Shown: positions 48,366 through 59,264, numbered from the stretch's first letter. The stretch: DNA of 64,000 nucleotides from Patescibacteria group bacterium (GCA_042577965.1 JBHPDK010000002.1:6635-70634), one strand, 5' to 3'. The notes: generated by a model not told the origin, from the sequence alone. Numbers and translations: made by a program.

Positions 48366-49166
48366 ATGAACGACCTAGCAATAGTAATCCTTCACTACAA
48401 TACCCCTGATGATGTTTCTAAAAATCTGGAGGCTTTTCAGCAGGCGGATATTCCTGAAAAAACACAGTTTATTGTTGTGAATAATGGCGGACACAATGCA
48501 AATGATAAAATTCTAAAAAGCACTTACGAAAATTTAAATGTTAGATTTTTTGATATACCAAACAAAGGATTTCCGCAGGGTAATAACTTTGGTATTGCGC
48601 ATACAGATGCCAAAATAATCGCTATGGTTAATCCGGATATAGAAATTAAAAAAGACACATTTTCAATTATACTAAAATACTTCGAAGATCATCCTAAAGT
48701 TGGAATTATTTCTCCACGGCTTATTTATCCAAACAACAAAACTCAGGATAACTACAGAACTTTCCCTCACTGGTACGATTTAATTATTAAAAGAATTCCA
48801 CCTTTTCGAAAAATGTTTTTAGGTAGAATGCGAAAATATTTAATGTGGGAGAAGGATCCATCAAAAAACGAAGCAGTTGACTGGACAACCGGTGCATTCC
48901 AGGTAGTAAGCCGCGAGTGCTGGGATGCATGCGGCCCAAACAATGAAGAATATTTTTTGTTTATGTCAGATCTGGAGATTTGCTGGCAGGCATGGGAAAA
49001 AGATTTTCAGGTTCACTTTATTGGGCAGGCACAGGCCCGTCACAACGAAACCAGGCTTTCAGAAGGCGGAATCGCAGATATCTTCAAGAAGAAAACAATG
49101 CGTATACACATAAAAGACGCATTTGCTTATTTTAAAAAATATTGGGGCAAAAAGTTTCCTCGCTAA
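48366..49166 (+). CDS. Glycosyltransferase family 2
   Basis: NKGFPQGNN, VNPD, DWTTGA. Confidence 0.9.
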   Translation: MNDLAIVILHYNTPDDVSKNLEAFQQADIPEKTQFIVVNNGGHNANDKILKSTYENLNVRFFDIPNKGFPQGNNFGIAHTDAKIIAMVNPDIEIKKDTFSIILKYFEDHPKVGIISPRLIYPNNKTQDNYRTFPHWYDLIIKRIPPFRKMFLGRMRKYLMWEKDPSKNEAVDWTTGAFQVVSRECWDACGPNNEEYFLFMSDLEICWQAWEKDFQVHFIGQAQARHNETRLSEGGIADIFKKKTMRIHIKDAFAYFKKYWGKKFPR

Positions 49167-49168
49167 GT

Positions 49169-50329
49169 CTACTCCTTCTCCTTTTTAAATTTATAAAACG
49201 GAATGTACTGAACAAAGTACGTTGAAATTATTATTGAAAGGAACATTATAACTTCAATGGCCATTGCAAAATCCATGGATATATGGCCGAGCGTGGCCCC
49301 AAGTAAAATCGCGATGATTGAGAATTCACTAAGCTGACCAAGTCGCGTGCTTATTTCCAAACTTTCGTTTGGTACAGCTTTAAACACTTTAAATAACAGT
49401 CTGAATATTAGAGGTTTAGCGGCAATTGTGAATATTAATGCTATTGCTATTAGGGTTGCAAATGGCTGCAGGTTTTGAAATTCAATATTTGCTCCAAGTA
49501 CAAAAAAGAACAGTATCATAAAAAAGTCACGAATTGTTTCTGATCTTTGAACAATAACTTTAAGCTTGTAATCAGGCAAAAATGTTAAAGAAATACCTGC
49601 AATAAATGCTCCGATCTCGCGTGAAAAACTTAATGCTTCTGCAATTTCTGCAAATAAAAAACACCAGGCAAGCCCAAGTAAAAACATTATATCCGGCTTG
49701 TGGAAAATTCTACGTGCAATTCTTTTAAGAATATATTTTTGAAGAACAAACGCCAGCCCAAACACCGCAATACCCTGGATAATGAATTTAATCGCCTGAA
49801 ACACTCCAAAATAACCAAGCTCTCTCGAGCTTGAAATAAACAGCAAAATAAAAATCGCAATAATATCCTGGGTAATCAAAGCTGCAATACAATACTGCCG
49901 CACATAAGGATTAGAATCTTTTTGATCGTTCAACAGCTTCATTACAACCACAGTCGAACTAAACATCAGTACAACCGCCAAATATACTGTTTCAGTAACT
50001 CCAATTTGTGTCATCCACCCAATTAAAAGTCCAAAAATAAATATGATGGCGGATGCGGCCAAAGTGATTAAAGAGCCTTTTCCAAAGATGCCTGAGAAAA
50101 TTTTTGCTTTCAGTTCGAGCCCAATCAAATATAAAAGCAAAATAATTCCAACCTGCCCAATCGCCTCGAAAAACAAATTATTATCAATTAATCCAAAGCC
50201 CTGCGGCCCTATAATCAAGCCGGAAAATATAAATGCAATGAGGATCGGCTGCTTAGAAAGCTCAAGAATAATACTAAGCACAGCAGTCACAATTACAACA
50301 ATACTTAATTGAAAAATGAGCTCGTTCAT
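49169..50329 (-). CDS. Cation:proton antiporter (CPA2/KefB-like TM domain)
   Basis: SSTVVV, ITQD, IGAFIAG, QLSEFS; about 12 TM. Confidence 0.9.
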   Translation of the reverse strand: MNELIFQLSIVVIVTAVLSIILELSKQPILIAFIFSGLIIGPQGFGLIDNNLFFEAIGQVGIILLLYLIGLELKAKIFSGIFGKGSLITLAASAIIFIFGLLIGWMTQIGVTETVYLAVVLMFSSTVVVMKLLNDQKDSNPYVRQYCIAALITQDIIAIFILLFISSSRELGYFGVFQAIKFIIQGIAVFGLAFVLQKYILKRIARRIFHKPDIMFLLGLAWCFLFAEIAEALSFSREIGAFIAGISLTFLPDYKLKVIVQRSETIRDFFMILFFFVLGANIEFQNLQPFATLIAIALIFTIAAKPLIFRLLFKVFKAVPNESLEISTRLGQLSEFSIIAILLGATLGHISMDFAMAIEVIMFLSIIISTYFVQYIPFYKFKKEKE

Positions 50330-50471
50330 TTGGGGCTGCTTTAGTTAGAGTGAATCCATCTCGATTATTTTCTCATATTTTGAAGGAAATTTCGAGTTTT
50401 TGTATTTGGGAGTTGACACACTACAGCAATCGTGCCAAAATTCCTGCCAATGTCTTTGTTAAACATTTGCC

Positions 50472-50900
50472 ATGAAAGACAAGAAAAATCCTTCAGACGA
50501 ATATTTAAGAGATTTGGTTAGAGGCCTTGATAGAAAACAATATGCTCTAAGAGAGGCAGCATCGTATGGAGAAATGATGATCAATACAGGATATCTTGAA
50601 GTTGAGATAAGTGAATTACGTGACCGAATTGAATCCAGATGCCTTATTTTATTATTAGGAGCCCTACAAAGTGATAATCTTATGGAGATTCAGGATTTTT
50701 TTCTGATAGTACAGGATGCTTCAAAACGTCATCGTTCATTTGATAGCGTATTAGCACTAGATGCAGTGCCTTTTGCTGAGCAGGTGTTTGCAGGGCTTTT
50801 TAAATACCTGGTAAGGAATGTTATTGCAGAGGTCGATGACGATGCCAAGCAGCAATTATTTGATAAATTAAAAGTTTTTGATGAGGATTCCAAAGAATAA
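50472..50900 (+). CDS. Hypothetical protein
   Basis: 142-aa helical ORF with an upstream TTGACA. Confidence 0.7.
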   Translation: MKDKKNPSDEYLRDLVRGLDRKQYALREAASYGEMMINTGYLEVEISELRDRIESRCLILLLGALQSDNLMEIQDFFLIVQDASKRHRSFDSVLALDAVPFAEQVFAGLFKYLVRNVIAEVDDDAKQQLFDKLKVFDEDSKE

Positions 50901-50965
50901 TGATGGGGGTTTGACATATTACCATTTGTGGCGTAAGGTTGCGCCTGTTATTAACCTAACTTGTT

Positions 50966-51328
50966 ATGGTTGATGAAGAATTATCAAAACTACTTACTCA
51001 ATATGATAAGTTGGCAGCCAGGTTCCCGCCAGAAGAATTAGAATCAGGAATTCTACCAAGCGAACTTTCAAGGATTAATACGAATATTTCGCAAAGAGTA
51101 GGTGAATTGTTAGCTGAAGGGCTTCAAGAAGAGAGCCTTTCTGCTTTTATCAGAGTTCGAGATGATTTGGTAGAATCTTTTGATGTTGTTGATAAAGGGA
51201 GAGAAAGATTCAATAAGTGTGTAGCCACTATAATGATTGCCTTTTTAGGAGCACTGTACGTAAAGGATGAAGATTTATTAAGACGTCAATTGGTTGTTTC
51301 TCTTAGAGAACTCTTTGAAGACTCTTAG
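50966..51328 (+). CDS. Hypothetical protein
   Basis: 120-aa helical ORF with an upstream TTGACA. Confidence 0.7.
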   Translation: MVDEELSKLLTQYDKLAARFPPEELESGILPSELSRINTNISQRVGELLAEGLQEESLSAFIRVRDDLVESFDVVDKGRERFNKCVATIMIAFLGALYVKDEDLLRRQLVVSLRELFEDS

Positions 51329-51385
51329 AATTCGCAAAAATTTAATTAAAGTATTATTATATCCTGCGTGATTAATAATGTTATT

Positions 51386-52765
51386 ATGAAATATGATCCA
51401 ACACACCTTGATCAATTCAAATCCAGGCTCGCTCTTCTTCCTGAGAATCTAACAGAAATTGGAATTCGCGATATTTTTGTTGGCCCGGGATTGCGTCGCG
51501 AAGTTTCAAAATTTATTCCACATGGCTCAAAAGTTGTTTTAGTTATGGGCAATACTCCGATGTTTGTTAATGATGAGAATATTAAAGAAACGATCGAGGA
51601 GAAGTTGAGGGGCGATTTTGAGGATGTTGTAAAAATTGAATTAAAGCATGAGGATTGCTCTGGCGGAATGATTCATGCTGATTTTGAAAATGTTGAAAAA
51701 GTAAAAAAGCAGCTTTTTGCGGATGCAGTTGTTGTTTCAATCGGCTCTGGAACAATCACTGATATAACAAAACATGCCTGTTATTTATTCGAGAAAGAAA
51801 ATGAGTGCAAACCATTAAGATTTATTGTTGTTCAAACCGCTAATACTGTAACAGCTTTCACTTCAAATATTGCGGTTTTGTTAAAAGACGGAGTTAAACG
51901 AACTTATTCTTCGCGCTATCCAGATTATGTTATTAGTGATCTTGAGATTTTACGCGATGCCCCTTATGAGCTTACACAGGCGGGTTTTGGGGATTTGATA
52001 GCGAGGTATGTTTCATATCCTGACTGGTATTTGGGATGGAAAGTCGGCAATTTAGGAATTTATAATGAGGTGCCAAAAGATCTTTTAGATGAAAGTTTGG
52101 AATGGTTGCTTGAGAATGCTGAAAAAGTTGCAGAGCGCGAGCCAGAAGCTATAAAAATTTTAACAAAGGCACTTCTGAATGCAGGCCTTTCAATGTCCAT
52201 TATTGGAATGAGTACACCGATTAGTGGATATGAGCATGTAATTTCACATGTTCTTGATATGAAAGCAGGAGTTGATAGGCGCGAGTCAGATTTGCATGGA
52301 ATTCAAGTAGGGATTGCGAGCGTTTTATCAGCATATGTTTATGAAGAATTGTTGGGGATGGATAAATTTAGTTTGAAATTTCCGGAATGGCCAGAGTGTG
52401 AAAATCGAATTCGTAAAAATTTTAGAGCCAAAGGATTCGATGACAGCTCGATTTCAGAAATGATTTCTGATTATAAAATTAAATATGATAAGTGGATTTC
52501 AAATCAAGATGAAATTTTAAAATGGGCTGCTAAGTGGTCAGATGAAAAATTAAAAATAAATCGCCTACTCAAAACTGGTGATGAATTAAAATCAGCTATA
52601 CAAAAAATCGGAATTAAAACCAAACTTAATGAAAATTGGGAGTATGCATTTTTAAATGCACACTTTATTAGACGTAGATTTACTGTGGCTGATTTGCTTT
52701 ATTTTATGGGAAAATTAGATGATGGCCTATACGTCAAAGTAGCCGGGCGAGTAGGCGTTGAATAG
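51386..52765 (+). CDS. sn-glycerol-1-phosphate dehydrogenase-like protein (AraM/EgsA family)
   Basis: IGSGTITDITK, AGFGD, SGYEHVISH, HGIQVG. Confidence 0.8.
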   Translation: MKYDPTHLDQFKSRLALLPENLTEIGIRDIFVGPGLRREVSKFIPHGSKVVLVMGNTPMFVNDENIKETIEEKLRGDFEDVVKIELKHEDCSGGMIHADFENVEKVKKQLFADAVVVSIGSGTITDITKHACYLFEKENECKPLRFIVVQTANTVTAFTSNIAVLLKDGVKRTYSSRYPDYVISDLEILRDAPYELTQAGFGDLIARYVSYPDWYLGWKVGNLGIYNEVPKDLLDESLEWLLENAEKVAEREPEAIKILTKALLNAGLSMSIIGMSTPISGYEHVISHVLDMKAGVDRRESDLHGIQVGIASVLSAYVYEELLGMDKFSLKFPEWPECENRIRKNFRAKGFDDSSISEMISDYKIKYDKWISNQDEILKWAAKWSDEKLKINRLLKTGDELKSAIQKIGIKTKLNENWEYAFLNAHFIRRRFTVADLLYFMGKLDDGLYVKVAGRVGVE

Positions 52766-52893
52766 CCAGTGTATACCCAATGTATACCCGTTGGGTAAAC
52801 AGTGAGTACGCAATGTATATCCAGCCGGATAATTTGAGATAAATTTCGAATTTTGATAAAATATCGAACTGTAAAATTAACCAAAATTTAATC

Positions 52894-53814
52894 ATGGAAG
52901 AATACGACATTATAATTATCGGGGCAGGAGTTGCAGGACTCAGTGCGCAGCTATATGCTGCACGCGGCGGAGCCAAAGCAGTGGTTTTTGAAAAAGAAGC
53001 TCCAGGTGGCCAACTGCTTTTAACAGAAAGTATTGAAAACTATCCAGGTGTTGAAGAAGTAAATGGGGCAGAACTTGCACAAAAGCTTATGGCACATGCT
53101 CAGAAGTTTGGAGGCGAAATTAAATACGAAGGAGTAACTGAGCTGGAACCTCATGATGACTATGTTGTTGTTAAAACAAAAAGCACTGAATATAAAGCTA
53201 AATATGTGATCGTTGGTTTAGGTTCTGATCCCAGAAAGCTTGGAGTGCCAGGTGAAGATGAATTCAGAGGCAAAGGAGTTTCGTACTGCGCAACCTGCGA
53301 TGGAGCATTTTATAAAGACCAGGAATGTATTATTGTTGGTGGCGGCGATTCAGCCTTAGACGAAGGCATCGCACTTGCAAAGCACGCAAGTAAAGTAACA
53401 ATCATCCATCGCCGTGACGAGTTTAAAGCAGAACAATATTTAATTGATCTTGCAGAAAAAAACGAAAAAATAGAATTCTTATTTAATAATGAAGTTAAAG
53501 AAATAAGAGGAGACAAAGATGGAAAAGTTGACCGTGTACTTTTACATGATAAAAAAGAAGACAAAGAGCACGAATTTTTATGCAAAGGCGTATTTGTATT
53601 TATCGGCTACACTCCGCGGTCAGAACTTCTTGAAGGCAAAGTTGATTTAGAAAAAGGCTATGCAAAAGTTGATAATACAATGCAAACTTCACACCCGCGT
53701 ATCTTTGCAGCAGGAGATATTCGCAATAAAGCAGTAAAGCAGGTAGTTGCCTCAGGTGGCGATGGTGCAACCGCAGCAATCTATGCTATGCACCATTTAC
53801 GAAAAGAGAGCTAA
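52894..53814 (+). CDS. trxB: Thioredoxin reductase
   Basis: GAGVAG, IENYPG, CATCDG, GGGDSA, HRR. Confidence 0.97.
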   Translation: MEEYDIIIIGAGVAGLSAQLYAARGGAKAVVFEKEAPGGQLLLTESIENYPGVEEVNGAELAQKLMAHAQKFGGEIKYEGVTELEPHDDYVVVKTKSTEYKAKYVIVGLGSDPRKLGVPGEDEFRGKGVSYCATCDGAFYKDQECIIVGGGDSALDEGIALAKHASKVTIIHRRDEFKAEQYLIDLAEKNEKIEFLFNNEVKEIRGDKDGKVDRVLLHDKKEDKEHEFLCKGVFVFIGYTPRSELLEGKVDLEKGYAKVDNTMQTSHPRIFAAGDIRNKAVKQVVASGGDGATAAIYAMHHLRKES

Positions 53815-56800
53815 ACATATTCGCTCCACGACATAATCTCAAGATCTTCTAGCTTGTAGCGTGCCATTGCTTCAATAAGCATTTTAGAAATTTGCAGGTT
53901 TGTGATTAAAGGGATGTTCATGTCGATGGCTGTTCTTCTTATTCTGTAGCCGTCTGTTATTTCCTGGCGAGTGTAGTTTTTTGGAATATCAATTACAAAG
54001 TCGAGTTTTTTCTCTTCAAGATAGTCGAGAATATTTGGAGATTTGCCTGTTGAAACTTTATAAAGTTTAGAATTTTTTATTCCATTTTCATTTAAAAAGT
54101 CAGATGTTCCTTCGGTTGCGAATAAATTAAAGCCCATTTGATGCAGGATTTTTGCAGAAGCTAAAAAGTCTGCCTTGTCTTCAATTCGACCAATAGTAAG
54201 TAATATATTTTTCTTTGGGATTATGAATCCAACTGAAATCATTGCTTTTAAAAGTGCAGCATGAAGGTTTTTTCCAAAGCAAGCTACTTCGCCTGTAGAC
54301 GCCATTTCAACCCCAAGTACAGGGTCAGCACCTTTGAGCCTTGAAAAGCTGAACTGAGGAGCTTTAACACCCACATGGTCTAAATCTAAAGTTTTGTAGT
54401 CGGTTCGATTTAAAGCTTTTGAATTTCGCATATTCAACATCGCTTTAGTTGCAATTTCAATAAAATTATAACCAGTTACTTTTGATGAGAAAGGGAATGA
54501 CCTGCTAGCCCTTAAATTACATTCAATAACTTTAACTTCATTTGCACGTGCCAGAAACTGAATATTAAACGGTCCTGTAATCTGAAGTTCTTTTGCAATT
54601 TTTTTAGTAAGATTTTTGATTTTTCTAATCGTCTCAATGTAGAGTTTTTGAGGAGGAAGCACAATTGTTGCATCCCCTGAATGCACCCCTGCATGTTCAA
54701 TGTGCTCTGCAATTGCATAAATGACTAGTCGTCCTTTGTATGCAACTGCATCTATCTCAATTTCTTTTGCTCCTTTTTCAAATTTGCTAATTACAACAGG
54801 GGCATCGGGTGAAACGCGGGTTGCAGTTTCTAAAAAATTAATAAGCGATTCCTTATTATGTGCAACCCGCATTGCAGCACCGCTTAAGACATAAGATGGT
54901 CTAACCAACACCGGGTAATTCACTCTCTTTGCAAATCTGATTGCATCAGACATGCGATTTAGCTCTTTCCACTGAGGCTGATCAACATTGATTTTATCAA
55001 GCATTTCTGAAAACTTGTGGCGGTTTTCTGCTCTATCAATGTTTTTCGGATCAGTGCCGAGCACCTTTACTCCGGCTTCTTTTAATTTTGTAGCAATATT
55101 ATTTGGAATTTGCCCTCCAGCAGAAAGAATCACGCCGTCAGGCTTTTCTTTTTCATAAATATCAAGAACACGTTCAACTGAAAGTTCATCAAAATATAAT
55201 TTATCTGAAATATCATAATCAGTTGAAACTGTCTCTGGATTATAATTAATCATAATTGTCTCGTAGCCTTCCTTGCCAACAGTTTGTAGCGCAGTTACAC
55301 AGCACCAGTCAAACTCAACTGAAGATCCAATCGAATACGAACCTGAACCTAAAACAATTATTTTTTTTCGTTTGCTCGGCTTAACATCATCTTTATCCCC
55401 ATGATAAGTCAAATACAGATAATTGGTTTTAGCTGGCCATTCTGCAGCCATTGTATCAATCTGTTTGATCACAGGTTCAATACCAAGTTGCTTTCTTAAT
55501 TTTCGAATTTCTATTTCTTTATTTTTACTGAGCATTGCAATTTGCGCATCCGAATAACCCTGTTTTTTTGCCTTAGTCAAAATTTCTTTTTCTAAAACTC
55601 TTTTTCTTTTTAATTCACTTTCAGTTTTAACTATATTTGCAAGTTTTTCTAAAAACCAGGGATCAATTCCTGAAAGTTTATTAATTTTTTTAACTGTCCA
55701 TCCTTTACGAAGTGCCTCTGCAATTGCAAGAATTCTTTTAGGAGTTGGCACAGAAATTTCTTTTGATAGATTTGTAGTTTTAAGATCAATATGTTTATTT
55801 GCAGTGAGTCCATATAATCCAATTTGAAGCATGCGGAGTCCTTTTTGCATAACTTCTTCAAAGTTTCTTCCAAGTGCCATGATTTCACCAACTGATTTCA
55901 TCTCAGACGTGATCTCCTGTGAAACCCTTTGAAATTTTTGAAGATCCCATCTAGGAATTTTTAAAGCTAGATAATCAAGAGCTGGCTCAAAACACGCAAC
56001 AGTGGTTTTTGTAACAGCATTTTTAAGCTCAGGAAGTGTATATCCAAGGCCGAGTTTTGCCGCTACATGAGCCAAAGGATAACCTGTTGCCTTGCTTGCC
56101 AAAGCAGATGAACGCGAAAGCCGCGCATTAACTTCAATCACACGATAATCTTCAGATTCCGGATCAAGTGCAAACTGGATATTGCACTCCCCTACAATTT
56201 CTAAATGACGAATTGTTTTTGTAGAAAGATCTCGAAGTTTATGATATTCACTGTTTGTTAAAGTTTGAGAAGGTGCAACAACAATCGACTCACCTGTGTG
56301 AATTCCAAGTGGATCAAAATTTTCCATATTACAGACAGTAATGCAGTTGTCAGCTTTGTCGCGCACAACTTCATACTCTACTTCCTTCCATCCTTTAAGA
56401 TTTTCTTCAACCAAAATCTGCGGTGAATATGCAAATGCAGTTTTAAGCAGTGCCTTTAGTTCACGTTTGTTATATGCAAAACCTGAGCCTTTGCCTCCAA
56501 GTGCAAAAGCTGCCCGGATTATTAAAGGGAAGCCAATTTTTTCAGCTGCTTTAAAAGCTTGAGATTCAGTTGTGCAAGCTACACTTTTTGGCATTTTAAC
56601 GCCAATTTTTGTAAGTTCTTTATTAAAGAGTTCTCGGTCTTCAGTATTTTGTATTGTCTGAACAGGAGTTCCAAGCACGCGAACGCCGTATTTTTTCAAA
56701 ATCCCCTTCTCATATAAATCCACACCGCAGTTAAGTGCGGTCTGGCCTCCAAAAGCCAGCATTATTCCATCGGGCTTCTCCCTGGCTATAACTTTTTCAA

Positions 56801-57026
56801 CAAAAAAAGCATTAACAGGTAAAAAATAAATTTTATCTGCAAGTTCTTTGCTGGTTTGGTTAGTCGCAATATTTGGATTCACCAAAACAGTTTTTACGCG
56901 CTCTTCGCGAAGTGCCTTTATTGCCTGTGAACCTGAATAATCGAACTCTCCTGCTTCCCCTATTTTTAGGGCTCCTGATCCGAGTACTAATACTTTCTTT
57001 AGATTATGCGGTTTTTTAGGCGTCAT
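53811..57026 (-). CDS. carB: Carbamoyl-phosphate synthase large subunit
   Basis: GEAGEFDYSG, two ATP-grasp domains, MGS domain. Confidence 0.98.
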   Translation of the reverse strand: MTPKKPHNLKKVLVLGSGALKIGEAGEFDYSGSQAIKALREERVKTVLVNPNIATNQTSKELADKIYFLPVNAFFVEKVIAREKPDGIMLAFGGQTALNCGVDLYEKGILKKYGVRVLGTPVQTIQNTEDRELFNKELTKIGVKMPKSVACTTESQAFKAAEKIGFPLIIRAAFALGGKGSGFAYNKRELKALLKTAFAYSPQILVEENLKGWKEVEYEVVRDKADNCITVCNMENFDPLGIHTGESIVVAPSQTLTNSEYHKLRDLSTKTIRHLEIVGECNIQFALDPESEDYRVIEVNARLSRSSALASKATGYPLAHVAAKLGLGYTLPELKNAVTKTTVACFEPALDYLALKIPRWDLQKFQRVSQEITSEMKSVGEIMALGRNFEEVMQKGLRMLQIGLYGLTANKHIDLKTTNLSKEISVPTPKRILAIAEALRKGWTVKKINKLSGIDPWFLEKLANIVKTESELKRKRVLEKEILTKAKKQGYSDAQIAMLSKNKEIEIRKLRKQLGIEPVIKQIDTMAAEWPAKTNYLYLTYHGDKDDVKPSKRKKIIVLGSGSYSIGSSVEFDWCCVTALQTVGKEGYETIMINYNPETVSTDYDISDKLYFDELSVERVLDIYEKEKPDGVILSAGGQIPNNIATKLKEAGVKVLGTDPKNIDRAENRHKFSEMLDKINVDQPQWKELNRMSDAIRFAKRVNYPVLVRPSYVLSGAAMRVAHNKESLINFLETATRVSPDAPVVISKFEKGAKEIEIDAVAYKGRLVIYAIAEHIEHAGVHSGDATIVLPPQKLYIETIRKIKNLTKKIAKELQITGPFNIQFLARANEVKVIECNLRASRSFPFSSKVTGYNFIEIATKAMLNMRNSKALNRTDYKTLDLDHVGVKAPQFSFSRLKGADPVLGVEMASTGEVACFGKNLHAALLKAMISVGFIIPKKNILLTIGRIEDKADFLASAKILHQMGFNLFATEGTSDFLNENGIKNSKLYKVSTGKSPNILDYLEEKKLDFVIDIPKNYTRQEITDGYRIRRTAIDMNIPLITNLQISKMLIEAMARYKLEDLEIMSWSEYV

Positions 57027-57199
57027 TTAATTAAAATGTATTTATTTGTTAGGATGTCTTTCTGAATATCTTCCTGTGTTCCATAATCACTTCCCTCTCG
57101 GTCTTGTACTCTAATCAAACTTGATCCAACTTTCAATACTTTTACAAGTTCTCCTGTTGCCTTATTTCGCCATTTCTGCCCTACTTTGACTTCAAGCAT
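57023..57199 (-). CDS. 58-aa small beta-rich protein, absent from the ORF track
   Basis: MLEVKVGQKWRNKATGELVKVLKV...; its stop overlaps the carB start (ATGA). Confidence 0.7.
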   Translation of the reverse strand: MLEVKVGQKWRNKATGELVKVLKVGSSLIRVQDREGSDYGTQEDIQKDILTNKYILIK

Positions 57200-57203
57200 A
57201 TAT

Positions 57204-58691
57204 TTAAAAGATTATGACTATTAGTGCAGGTATTATAACAAATCCTGCGATATATTTTAATATGTTTCGTCTTCTCATTTTAATCACATGCATCGAAAGA
57301 TGCCTGGTTACTTTATATATAAGCGTTGAACCGTAATTGCCAAATATGAATAAAATTCCGAGCGAAGCCATCATTGTTAATACAATTCCTCCTGCGACTG
57401 CATAGCCCTGCGCATTTGCAAATGAAGCAAGAAGCACATCAATAAATGTTCCAACTGAAGTTCCTATCATATATGGAATCGCCTGCCTTAATGTAACGAT
57501 ACGCGTAACTGCCAGCGGTACAAGCAGGGTTGTTAATAAAGATGCACTTGGTACTATTATTGTTAGTCCAAGACCAATTCCAAATGCTCTCCAATGCGAA
57601 CTAAAAGCTTTTTCCATAATAGCACGGGTGTGCCTTTTACCTCCTAAGAATACAAACATACTCTTACCAACTCTTCCTAAACTGAAAATTAAAAGCCCTA
57701 CACCAACAAGGAATGAAATAACGAGTGGCCAGGTTTCAAATCTTACTAAATTTAGAATAGGACTTGTTATTACTGAAAGCAAATCAGGCACTTTGCTAAA
57801 TGCTGGCAAAGTTTCTGCCCAGCTTGCGATAGCATCTCCACTTGAAGTAAAGACTTTTGTTGGAATCTGGATAATCAAAACTAACAAAACAAGAAAAATT
57901 GAATATATAACATTGGCTAACCCAAGCTCAAAACCATGTCTTAAATGCCAGTGGTGCTTTGTACGAATTACAAGGGAAGCAAGCACAGGAGTCAAAGTGT
58001 TTCCGAGTGCAATTCCCAATAAAATATAAAAACCTATTTCAAAACTTATAACTTCTGAACCAACTAAAGAGTTACTTAAAATTGCTATAACTGAACCGGA
58101 TTGTGCAATAACAGAAGTAAACCATCCAGCTCCAAATGCACTTGCAGTTGAATCAACAGTTGAGGTGATTGTTCCAATGGCACCGCTGCTCAAAGTAACA
58201 GTCACTTCTTTAATAATAATGACAGATAAAATAAACAAATAAATCACTAAAGCAAATTGCAAAGCATTTATAATCTTGCGCCGCCTTGAAAAAACACGGG
58301 CTTTAATCGAAATCAAATCTTTATGTGCATGTTCAATTTCAGCTTCTGTTATTTTTTCTGCATTTCTTGCAGCCCGCAGGGCTTCTCTATTAATGCGATG
58401 GCCTTTTTTTTCTTTATCTTCCTGGGCTTCTTTTTGCTTTCTATCAAAAATACGCCATATTTTTTTAGCGCGCCTTTCAATCATTTTTAAAGCTTCCCCT
58501 TTTTTCTTGTCCATTTTCTTTAACTCTTTTGTGAGTTTTTTATCTTCATGTTCTAATTTGTGATTTTTTTCTCGGGTGATTTTATTTTTTTCTCTTTTTA
58601 AATGATTTTTAGCGTGTTCTTTAACATCACGCAGTTCGCGTTTCTTTTTTTCCAATTCTTTTTTTAGATCCGGTTCTTTTTGATCATTCAT
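57204..58691 (-). CDS. Na/Pi cotransporter-like membrane protein with a charged N-terminal coiled coil
   Basis: AQSGS / ILLGIALGNT and VPSAS / YMIGTSVGT repeat pair. Confidence 0.7.
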   Translation of the reverse strand: MNDQKEPDLKKELEKKKRELRDVKEHAKNHLKREKNKITREKNHKLEHEDKKLTKELKKMDKKKGEALKMIERRAKKIWRIFDRKQKEAQEDKEKKGHRINREALRAARNAEKITEAEIEHAHKDLISIKARVFSRRRKIINALQFALVIYLFILSVIIIKEVTVTLSSGAIGTITSTVDSTASAFGAGWFTSVIAQSGSVIAILSNSLVGSEVISFEIGFYILLGIALGNTLTPVLASLVIRTKHHWHLRHGFELGLANVIYSIFLVLLVLIIQIPTKVFTSSGDAIASWAETLPAFSKVPDLLSVITSPILNLVRFETWPLVISFLVGVGLLIFSLGRVGKSMFVFLGGKRHTRAIMEKAFSSHWRAFGIGLGLTIIVPSASLLTTLLVPLAVTRIVTLRQAIPYMIGTSVGTFIDVLLASFANAQGYAVAGGIVLTMMASLGILFIFGNYGSTLIYKVTRHLSMHVIKMRRRNILKYIAGFVIIPALIVIIF

Positions 58692-58694
58692 AAT

Positions 58695-59087
58695 TTAAGC
58701 AGCGCTAGGATCATTCTGAATCATTCCAAAAGTGTTGCCCTCAGTATCCTGCACAACAGCATTCCAACCAATACCGGTTATTGGCATTTTAGGCATTAAA
58801 ACAGTGCCTCCAAGCTCTTCAAGCTTAGCCAAATACTTATCAATATCTTCAACAGAAACATAATTAATAATTCCCTGGCCAGGATTGCTGCGCTTCATCA
58901 TTCCACCATTGATTCCTTGACCCTGTGGCATGTTATTTGCATCAACAGGCAGAGTCCCTACCATCAAATAATCCGGAAAATCCGGGCTTACAGGTTGAAT
59001 TGTCCAGCCAAAAAGCTCTTTGTAAAAGTTTTGAGCTCTTGCAAGGTCATCAGCGGGTATTTCAAAATGAATAGGAGAGTGAGTCAT
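58695..59087 (-). CDS. VOC/glyoxalase family protein
   Basis: HFEIPADD, FYKELFGW, DTEGN. Confidence 0.92.
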   Translation of the reverse strand: MTHSPIHFEIPADDLARAQNFYKELFGWTIQPVSPDFPDYLMVGTLPVDANNMPQGQGINGGMMKRSNPGQGIINYVSVEDIDKYLAKLEELGGTVLMPKMPITGIGWNAVVQDTEGNTFGMIQNDPSAA

Positions 59088-59111
59088 AATAATATTTATT
59101 AGTTAATTTAC

Positions 59112-59204
59112 TGGCGGAGAGGGGGGGATTCGAACCCCCGCGGCCACATAAGTAACCCTACAGGATTAGCAATCCCGCCTCTTCAGCCACTTGAGTACCT
59201 CTCC
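59112..59204 (-). tRNA. tRNA-Ser(GCT)
   Basis: GGAGAGG acceptor stem, CGGGA-TTGCTAA-TCCTG anticodon arm, long variable arm, TTCGAAT, encoded CCA. Confidence 0.97.
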
Positions 59205-59264
59205 GCGGTAGGTAAAGCAGATTGCATAAAGAAGTCTACTTATAGAAGGGGAAAATGTAAAGAT

